In this document: in pieces, positions 34,078 to 40,451 of the stretch
Layout: each line of letters begins with the position of its first letter
Numbering within the stretch: position 1 is the stretch's first letter
Assembly (NCBI GenBank): GCA_031425655.1
Contig: JANPJS010000119.1
Coordinates: forward strand, 1 to 40,451
Reading direction: 5' to 3'
Origin: Abditibacteriaceae bacterium
GTDB taxonomy: Bacteria; Armatimonadota; Abditibacteriia; Abditibacteriales; Abditibacteriaceae
Length of the DNA: 40,451 nucleotides
Made by a program: the position numbers and the translations under genes
Notes under the pieces: model-generated
What the model was told of the DNA's origin: nothing
The model's input: the letters and a program-made list of their open reading frames with translations, nothing else
Databases searched by the model: none

Positions 34078-35418
34078 GTGCAACTGTTTTACGCGATTAA
34101 CGATTTGGCCGGGCGCAGCGTGTGGTTTGACGAAGCGCTGCGTTTTTTTTACGTCGGCGCCGTGCCACTGCTGGCGACGCTGCTGGCCGCTCTCCTCATT
34201 TTCGCGCCGCGACACATGGGCGCAGCCTCGCGGCGGCGCGTCGGATTCGCCGCTGTTATCGCCATTGCGCTGTGCGTTCTCACAGTTCCGGCGCTGAACG
34301 CTTTCACGCGCGCTTGTCTCGAAACCGATGTGCTTTCGCCGCGCCCTTTCGTCACGCACCGCGTCAATTTATTGGTCATCGAGCCGAACGATAATTCGTT
34401 TCCCTGCGCCGAAGTCATGCTTTGCGCGGCCTTAGCGACGCTCATTTGCGCCGCATCGCCGCGCTGGGGCATCGTCGCGGGGCTGTTGACGATTGGTTTC
34501 GGTTTCGCGCGCGTTTTCTGCGGTTCCAACTTCGCGGCGGATGTCGGCGCCGGCTGGGTTTTAGGCGGCGCGTGGGCCGGACTTTCGCTGGCGTCGTGCC
34601 GCGCCTCGCTGCATTGCGGCCTGCGCGACGGCAGGCGTATGGTTTGGCGTCCGAGATTTCAGGGCGCGTTTGCGAGCATAACATTGGTAGCCGTTGTCGC
34701 CATGACGCTTTTTGCTTTCTCCGATACGCCGCGCTTTGGCCCCAAAATTCGCGCTTGGTTTAACGTGCCGCGCGCCACGGCTTCGACCGATGCTCTGCCC
34801 TCGGAAGAAGAGCGCGCGTCCAGCACGTTGGCTTCGCACGAAGGCGAAGGCGTGCCGTCGCCGATTTTCGGCTCTTCGCCCGCCGACACCAGCCGCGATC
34901 AGCATCGCCGCGATTACATTCCCAAAGGCGAAACTTTGCTGCGAAATATGTGGCTGCCGCACCGCTTGCCGCATCGCATTCTCACGGTTGACGTGGCGCA
35001 GGTGCGCGCCGGCAAAAGCGCTTATCGCAGCGCGACGGTGCGTTTTATCGTCGAAAAACGCGGCGCTGCCGAACGGCGGCGCGTGCTGCAAACCGCAACT
35101 CTGATGGCGCGTGCCGCGTTTCACGCCGACGCGCAGTTGCAAAACATTGACTTAGTCGGCGTGGCGCTGAACGCCCAGGCGCAGGATTACGCGCCGCGCC
35201 CGACGACGGTGCCCGGCCCGCTGCCGGTTTTCAGCGCCTCGGTGGCGCGCCGCGATATTTTAGGCCGGCGCCGCGTGCCCGCCGCGTTGGCCGCGTCCAA
35301 TCCCGGCGCAGGAGAGCCGGATGCCGCGTGGCTGCGCGCCCGTTCGCTGCTTTATTTCAACCAGCGCGTGCTGCCGGCGCCCTCCGTGCCCGCCGTGCCG
35401 CGCGTGGCCGCGTTTTAA
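34078..35418 (+). CDS. PAP2-family membrane protein with degenerate active site and a C-terminal soluble extension
   Basis: LFYAIN.LAG, PRPF, NSFPC, ARVFCGSNFAADV; multiple TM helices. Confidence 0.8.
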   Translation: MQLFYAINDLAGRSVWFDEALRFFYVGAVPLLATLLAALLIFAPRHMGAASRRRVGFAAVIAIALCVLTVPALNAFTRACLETDVLSPRPFVTHRVNLLVIEPNDNSFPCAEVMLCAALATLICAASPRWGIVAGLLTIGFGFARVFCGSNFAADVGAGWVLGGAWAGLSLASCRASLHCGLRDGRRMVWRPRFQGAFASITLVAVVAMTLFAFSDTPRFGPKIRAWFNVPRATASTDALPSEEERASSTLASHEGEGVPSPIFGSSPADTSRDQHRRDYIPKGETLLRNMWLPHRLPHRILTVDVAQVRAGKSAYRSATVRFIVEKRGAAERRRVLQTATLMARAAFHADAQLQNIDLVGVALNAQAQDYAPRPTTVPGPLPVFSASVARRDILGRRRVPAALAASNPGAGEPDAAWLRARSLLYFNQRVLPAPSVPAVPRVAAF

Positions 35419-36264
35419 GTGATGGAAACGAATACCGCTCCGCTTCAAACCGATTCATCCGGCGATGCTTTGCCCGTCAACGGCGCGCTGACTGAAGCCG
35501 TTCCCGCAGCGCCTCCGCCAGCCATCGAAAATCCGTTCGCCGCGCCTTTGCCGATTGCGGCGGAATCGTCGCGTAGCAACGCAGCGCGTATCACGGGCCG
35601 CATCGCCGGCTTTTGCGCGACGCTGGCGGCCATCTGGGGCGGCTACTTTTTGTGGCGTCCGCCGCTGCCGATTCTCAATCTCAGACACGTCGAGCAGATG
35701 AGCAACCCCAAGCAGATTGCGCTGACCTTCGATGATGCGCCGCACCCGCTTTCGACGCCTTTGCTTTTGGCCTCGCTCAAGCGCGCCGATGTCAAAGCCA
35801 CGTTTTTCGTGGTCGGCGAAGGCTTGCGCTTGTATCCCGAATTGGCTTATCGCATGGTTTTAGAAGGACATTCACTGGCCAATCATTCGGAAAACCATCG
35901 CAATCTGACACGCTCGGATGTGCCGGTTTCCGACTACGATATGGAAGTTAAGCAATGCTTCACGCGCATTGAGGCGTTGGGACAAAAAACGAAATTGTTT
36001 CGTCCGCCCGGCGGCGGCATGAACCGCGCCGTGATGGATTATCTGTATCGCCACGATTACACGCTGGCGTGGTGGAGCAATAATATCGGCGATTGGGCGC
36101 GGCCTCCGGCGTGGAAAATCGTGGAGCGCGTGAATATGGGTGTGCGCCCCGGCGACATCGTTTTGCTGCACGACGCCGGCATCGGCACGGCGCAAGCCCT
36201 ACCCAGCATCATTCGCAACTCGCGCGATCAAGGCCTCGATTTCGTCCCGATGCCGGAGAAATAA
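35419..36264 (+). CDS. Membrane-anchored polysaccharide deacetylase (NodB/CE4)
   Basis: LTFDDAP, ATFFVVG, NHSENH, FRPPGG, GDIVLLHD. Confidence 0.92.
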   Translation: MMETNTAPLQTDSSGDALPVNGALTEAVPAAPPPAIENPFAAPLPIAAESSRSNAARITGRIAGFCATLAAIWGGYFLWRPPLPILNLRHVEQMSNPKQIALTFDDAPHPLSTPLLLASLKRADVKATFFVVGEGLRLYPELAYRMVLEGHSLANHSENHRNLTRSDVPVSDYDMEVKQCFTRIEALGQKTKLFRPPGGGMNRAVMDYLYRHDYTLAWWSNNIGDWARPPAWKIVERVNMGVRPGDIVLLHDAGIGTAQALPSIIRNSRDQGLDFVPMPEK

Positions 36265-36334
36265 TTTTGAGTTTTGAGTTTTGAATTTTGAGTTAACAGC
36301 TCAACTCAAAACTCAAAACTCAAAACTCAAAATT
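36263..36334. repeat. (TTTTGAG)n-(CTCAAAA)n heptamer hairpin
   Basis: Direct reading. Confidence 0.9.
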
Positions 36335-36336
36335 GA

Positions 36337-37251
36337 ATGGACGTTTCTTCGCTGATTTACGGCTACTCGAAAGCGTTGTATTCGACGTGGCTGTTTTATA
36401 AGCCCGACCACCTGCTGATTGACTGCGGCGAAGGCGCCGCAACCGCGATGGGCAACGGCAGTTACGCCATCGAGCGCATTTTGCTCACGCATGGGCATAT
36501 TGACCACATTTCGGGCTTGCCGTCGCTGCTGTGGGCACGCGCCGCCGGCATGGGCGATGCGCAAAAGCCGATCGAAATCTTTTATCCTGCCGGCGACGTT
36601 TTCGTGCAGGATATGCTCGCTTATCTCGAACGCACGAGCGCGCGTTTGCCCTTCGAGGTGCGTTTTCAAGAATTAGAAGCTGGTGCGCGCATCGAATTAG
36701 CAGGCGGCAAACGGCACATCGAAACCTTCGCCACGCGCCATATTCCTGGAAAGCTCACGCTCGGCTATAAAATCATCGAAGCGCGGCGGCGTTTGAAGCC
36801 TCAATTCGCGGCGATGTCGCAAGAAGAAATTCGCAAGTTGGCAACAACGCAACCCGGCGGCGGACGCGCGCTCAGCGAAGATTACGAAGCCATTGTAGCG
36901 GCGTTCGGCGGCGATGGCGTGGCCCTAAACCCAGATGCGGTGCGCGGCGCCGAACTGCTCTGGCATGAAGCGACACTATTGGACGCAGGCGAGCGCAAAA
37001 ACCAGTTGCACGCGACGTTGGACGAAGCCGTGCGCGTAGCCGTCGAAGCGAAAGTCAAAAATCTGGCGCTGTATCACGTTTCGGGGCGCTATCGCACGGC
37101 GCAAATCGCGCACGCGATTCGGCAAAGCGCGGGGCGTCACGCGGTGGATTTTCCAATCTGGTGTTTGTTCCGCGAACGCTTGTGGCAGGCTTTTCCAGAA
37201 AGCGAGCGCGCAACCACGACAAAGCCGCGCGCTTCTAACCAGCCGTCGTAA
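36337..37251 (+). CDS. RNase Z-like metallo-beta-lactamase fold hydrolase
   Basis: YSKALYSTW, DCGEG, THGHIDH (HxHxDH), HEAT, HA, YHVSGRY. Confidence 0.85.
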   Translation: MDVSSLIYGYSKALYSTWLFYKPDHLLIDCGEGAATAMGNGSYAIERILLTHGHIDHISGLPSLLWARAAGMGDAQKPIEIFYPAGDVFVQDMLAYLERTSARLPFEVRFQELEAGARIELAGGKRHIETFATRHIPGKLTLGYKIIEARRRLKPQFAAMSQEEIRKLATTQPGGGRALSEDYEAIVAAFGGDGVALNPDAVRGAELLWHEATLLDAGERKNQLHATLDEAVRVAVEAKVKNLALYHVSGRYRTAQIAHAIRQSAGRHAVDFPIWCLFRERLWQAFPESERATTTKPRASNQPS

Positions 37252-37312
37252 AGATTTTGAACTGAATGGCGCCGGCCAACGTCGGCGGCCAATTCTTAAG
37301 AAGGAAATCCCC

Positions 37313-37873
37313 ATGAAACAGCAACTTTTGGTTTTGAGCGCGGCGCTTTTTTGCAGCGCCGCTTTTGCGCAAACCGTTCCGAATTTACCGGCGCTCAACG
37401 GCGCTACCGGTTCGGCACAGGGCATTTTGCCATTGCCCGCAGGCGTGCAGCGCGTGGTAGCCATAGACGCGCAAAACTCGATTTTGGCACAGATGCGCCC
37501 CGAAATCGGCGAAGCGGCGCAATATCGCTTGATTCAGGTCAAGCACGTTTACGTCGGCGGCATCGCCATGCTGTTTAATGGCGGCGGCGTCATTCCCACC
37601 GGGCCTTTCGTCTCGCCGGGATTCGCGCAGGGTGGACAGAACGGCGGGCAAAACGGTAACAACGGCAATGTTGGCGGTGGCTTCAATCAAGGACAGCAGA
37701 GCGGGCAAAACAACGGTTTCTTTCCGCAAAATGGCTTCGGCAATCAGCAAGGCGGTTTGCAATTCACGCCGAATACGGGACGCGCGCAGAATGCTCGCCC
37801 GCAAAACCAGCCGGGCTTGAGAATCGGCACGCCCATCGGCAATTTCTTCCTGCCCGGACAGGTCACGAATTAG
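37313..37873 (+). CDS. Secreted hypothetical protein with G/Q/N-rich low-complexity tail
   Basis: AAGGA RBS, signal peptide ending AFA, followed by a terminator. Confidence 0.75.
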   Translation: MKQQLLVLSAALFCSAAFAQTVPNLPALNGATGSAQGILPLPAGVQRVVAIDAQNSILAQMRPEIGEAAQYRLIQVKHVYVGGIAMLFNGGGVIPTGPFVSPGFAQGGQNGGQNGNNGNVGGGFNQGQQSGQNNGFFPQNGFGNQQGGLQFTPNTGRAQNARPQNQPGLRIGTPIGNFFLPGQVTN

Positions 37874-37894
37874 ATTTCGATATTCATTAAACTT

Positions 37895-37927
37895 AAACCC
37901 GCACCGCCAAAAGCGATGCGGGTTTTT
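37895..37927 (+). terminator. Rho-independent terminator
   Basis: AAACCCGCACCGC-caaaa-GCGATGCGGGTTTTT. Confidence 0.75.
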
Positions 37928-38009
37928 GTTTTGCCGTTTCGCGCCTTAGAACGAGACGCGCGCGAGATAATGCTAAACTGCGCTCGCACAAATTGTTTGG
38001 AATTGAAGA

Positions 38010-38777
38010 ATGGGAATTAAATTAAAAAGCCGCCCGGAAATCAAATTGATGCGCAAAAGTGGGCGGCTGGCGCAGCAGATTTTGGTGCGATTGGGCGAAG
38101 CAACCGAAGTCGGCGCCACACCGCGCGATTTAGACAAAATCGCGCGACGAATGCTCGAAGTCGGCGGCGCACGCAGTCCGTTTCTGGGAAAACGCAGCCA
38201 CGGCAGCCCGCCGTTTCCCGCCGCGATTACGGTTTCCGTCAACGAGGCGATTGTTCACGGCATCCCCGGCGATTTGCCGTTCGGAAACGGCGACGTGGTG
38301 TCGCTGGATGTCGGCACGCTGCTGAGCGGTTACATCGGCGACACCGCCGGCACTTTTGGCGCCGGCGAGCTTTCCGAGCGCGCCAAACGCCTCATGCGCG
38401 TGACGCACGAAGCCCTTTATCTCGGCATCGCGCAGGCCAAACCCGGCAACTACGTCGGCGACATCGGCCACGCGGTGCAGCAACACATCGAAAAACACGG
38501 TTACGCGGTCGTGAAAGGCTTGGTCGGACACGGCGTGGGTCGCACGCTCTGGGAAGAGCCGCAAGTGCCCAATTACGGCACGCCCGGCGACGGCGCCAAA
38601 TTAAAACCCGGCATGGTCATCGCCATCGAGCCGATGGTCAACGAAGGCAGCGACGAAATCAAGCAATTGGACGATAATTGGACTTACGTCACCGCCGACG
38701 GCACCCTTTCAGCGCACTACGAACACACCGTCGCCATTTTGTCGGACGGCCCCGAAATTTTGACTTGTGTGGATTAA
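38010..38777 (+). CDS. map: Type I methionine aminopeptidase
   Basis: SVNEAIVHGIP, GDVVSLD, GHGVG, AIEPM, SAHYEHT. Confidence 0.96.
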   Translation: MGIKLKSRPEIKLMRKSGRLAQQILVRLGEATEVGATPRDLDKIARRMLEVGGARSPFLGKRSHGSPPFPAAITVSVNEAIVHGIPGDLPFGNGDVVSLDVGTLLSGYIGDTAGTFGAGELSERAKRLMRVTHEALYLGIAQAKPGNYVGDIGHAVQQHIEKHGYAVVKGLVGHGVGRTLWEEPQVPNYGTPGDGAKLKPGMVIAIEPMVNEGSDEIKQLDDNWTYVTADGTLSAHYEHTVAILSDGPEILTCVD

Positions 38778-38907
38778 GTTTCAATGGAACACGGATTTTC
38801 ACGGAAACGGCCACGGATTTTCACGGATTTTTGATTGCATAGATTTGAAAACCGTGAAAATCCGTGTTGTTTCCGTGTCGGCGAAGCCGCCGTGTTCCAT
38901 TGAAACT
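38777..38907. repeat. Long hairpin built of CACGGATTTT-type 10-nt units
   Basis: AAGTTTCAATGGAACACGG ... CCGTGTTCCATTGAAACTT outer arms; inner CACGGATTTT/AAAATCCGTG units. Confidence 0.85.
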
Positions 38908-38921
38908 TTTGGAACGAATCA

Positions 38922-40412
38922 ATGAGAATTGAAACCAGCGCGCAAGCGCCCCTCGAATTTGAAACGCCGTGCCTCGTTTTGCCGATTTTTCAAGGCGAAG
39001 AAGTTTCCGGCCCCGCCGCCGATTTGAATGAAAAACTCGGTGGCCTGATCGCGCAAATTATGGCCGAAGATGGTTTTAAGGCCGCGCCGGGCGACACGCG
39101 CGTGCTTTATACGCAAGGCGTCATCGCCGCGCCGCGTGTGTTGCTTTTGGGCGTTGGAAAGCGCGAAAAAACTTCGCTCGATAAGCTGCGCCGCGCCTTT
39201 TTGAAAGGCGCACGCGCGGTGCGTTCGCTGAAGCGCGAATCGTTCGCTTTAGCTTTGCCGGAAACCGATGGCATTGCTCCGGCGCAAATCGCCGGGGCTG
39301 CTATCGAAGCCACGATTTTGGGATTGCACCTTTACAACGATTTCAAGACCGACGAAGACAGCAAAAACCTGACGCAAATTGCAAATCTGACGATGCTGAC
39401 AAGCGCCGATGTTGAAGAAGCCGTCGCGCAGGCGCAGATCATCGCCAAAGCGAATCTGCTCGCCCGCGCGCTTGTGAACGCGCCGGCGAACACCAAATCG
39501 CCGGATTCGTTGGCCAACGCGGCGCGCATTATCGCGCGCGACCACGATTTGCGCTGCGAAATCTGGGACGAGTATCAAATTCAAGCTGAGCGCATGGGCG
39601 CGCTTTACGCCGTCGGCATGGGCAGCGACAATCCGCCGCGCTTTATAGTCCTCGAATACGCGCCCGAAGGCCACGAAAACGACGCGCCGTTTTTACTGGT
39701 CGGCAAGGGCATGAGCTTCGATTCGGGCGGCTACTCGATCAAGCCGGCGGGCAGCATGGAAGACATGAAAGACGACATGGCCGGCGCTGCCGTCGTCTTC
39801 GGCGTGATGAGTGCGGTGCGCGATTTGAAAATTGCGCGGCGCGTTATCGCCCTCGTGCCGTCGGCGGAAAACATGATTTCCGGTCGCGCACAGCGTCCCG
39901 GCGACATCGTCACGGCGCGCAACGGCAAAACCATCGAAGTGCTGAATACGGACGCCGAAGGCCGCTTGATTTTAGCCGACGCGCTGTCTTATGGCTGCGA
40001 ATTGAATCCGGCGGGGATTCTCGATTACGCGACTTTGACCGGCGCGATTCGCATCGCGTTGGGACAGGAAGCCGCCGGCATTTTCGCCAACGAAGCCGGG
40101 CAGGAATTGCAAGAAAAGACCGTCGCGGCCAGCATGGAAGCCGGCGAAAAGCTATGGCCGATGCCGATGTGGGAAGAATACCGCGATCACGTCAAAGGCA
40201 CGATTTCCGACTTGAAAAATATCGGCGTCGAGCGCAGCGCCGGCAGCATTTCGGCGGCGATTTTCCTCGAACATTTCGTCACGCCGACAATTCCGTGGGC
40301 GCATCTCGACATCGCCGCCGTGTCCCTTGTGCGCGACGAGCGCCTGATGACCTCGCGCGGCGCCACCGGCTTCGGCGTGCGCCTCACGTTAGAACTATTA
40401 CGGACACTTTAA
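38922..40412 (+). CDS. pepA: Leucyl aminopeptidase (M17)
   Basis: LVGKG..FDSGG..IK, MKDDMAGAA, EVLNTDAEGRLILAD, ATLTGA, WAHLDIA. Confidence 0.96.
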   Translation: MRIETSAQAPLEFETPCLVLPIFQGEEVSGPAADLNEKLGGLIAQIMAEDGFKAAPGDTRVLYTQGVIAAPRVLLLGVGKREKTSLDKLRRAFLKGARAVRSLKRESFALALPETDGIAPAQIAGAAIEATILGLHLYNDFKTDEDSKNLTQIANLTMLTSADVEEAVAQAQIIAKANLLARALVNAPANTKSPDSLANAARIIARDHDLRCEIWDEYQIQAERMGALYAVGMGSDNPPRFIVLEYAPEGHENDAPFLLVGKGMSFDSGGYSIKPAGSMEDMKDDMAGAAVVFGVMSAVRDLKIARRVIALVPSAENMISGRAQRPGDIVTARNGKTIEVLNTDAEGRLILADALSYGCELNPAGILDYATLTGAIRIALGQEAAGIFANEAGQELQEKTVAASMEAGEKLWPMPMWEEYRDHVKGTISDLKNIGVERSAGSISAAIFLEHFVTPTIPWAHLDIAAVSLVRDERLMTSRGATGFGVRLTLELLRTL

Positions 40413-40451
40413 ACACAAAGGACACCAAGAAGACACAAAGTTTCACAAAGA
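40412..40451. repeat. Left arm of another CACAAAG-family repeat (truncated by window end)
   Basis: CACAAAG/CACCAAG units repeated four times. Confidence 0.6.

Noticed and set aside
406..40387. Numerous antisense and alternate-frame ORFs in the track (e.g. 2656..3261, 5435..6190, 13436..14164, 14922..15635, 20875..21489)
   Set aside because: Shadow ORFs expected in GC-rich DNA; they overlap well-supported genes and have Arg/Ala-rich, motif-free translations

Overview
GC-rich bacterial chromosomal segment. Gene style, MlaD architecture and repeat types suggest a diderm Terrabacteria lineage such as Armatimonadota/Abditibacteriota (inference only). It is mostly housekeeping: purD, intein-containing dnaB, rplI, mlaEFD, accD-accA, a secretin, comM-yraN, a thrC-like/MoaD/NIL sulfur-carrier cluster, pabB, RNase Z, map and pepA. 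Two accessory patches interrupt it. (1) Between rplI and dnaB lie a standalone EVE-like gene bracketed by two near-identical 43-bp hairpins, a YefM/YoeB-type TA pair and two paralogous small secreted proteins. (2) A 2.56-kb integrase-less cassette at ~16.8-19.36 kb is bounded by a 15/17 quasi-palindromic direct repeat; it encodes an unusual ribbon-helix-helix + S24 (LexA-type) repressor and two Cys-rich proteins, and removing it would join two flanking ORFs in frame. Other notable items: a WD40 gene broken by two offsetting frameshifts, several apparent pseudo-enzymes (PAP2, paired amidohydrolases, SNase), a VapBC pair, a 14-bp tandem array, and many intergenic hairpins built from 7-10-nt tandem units, with one heptamer tract in frame inside pabB. 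No rRNA, tRNA or CRISPR array was recognised. All family calls come from motif recognition by eye, not database searches.
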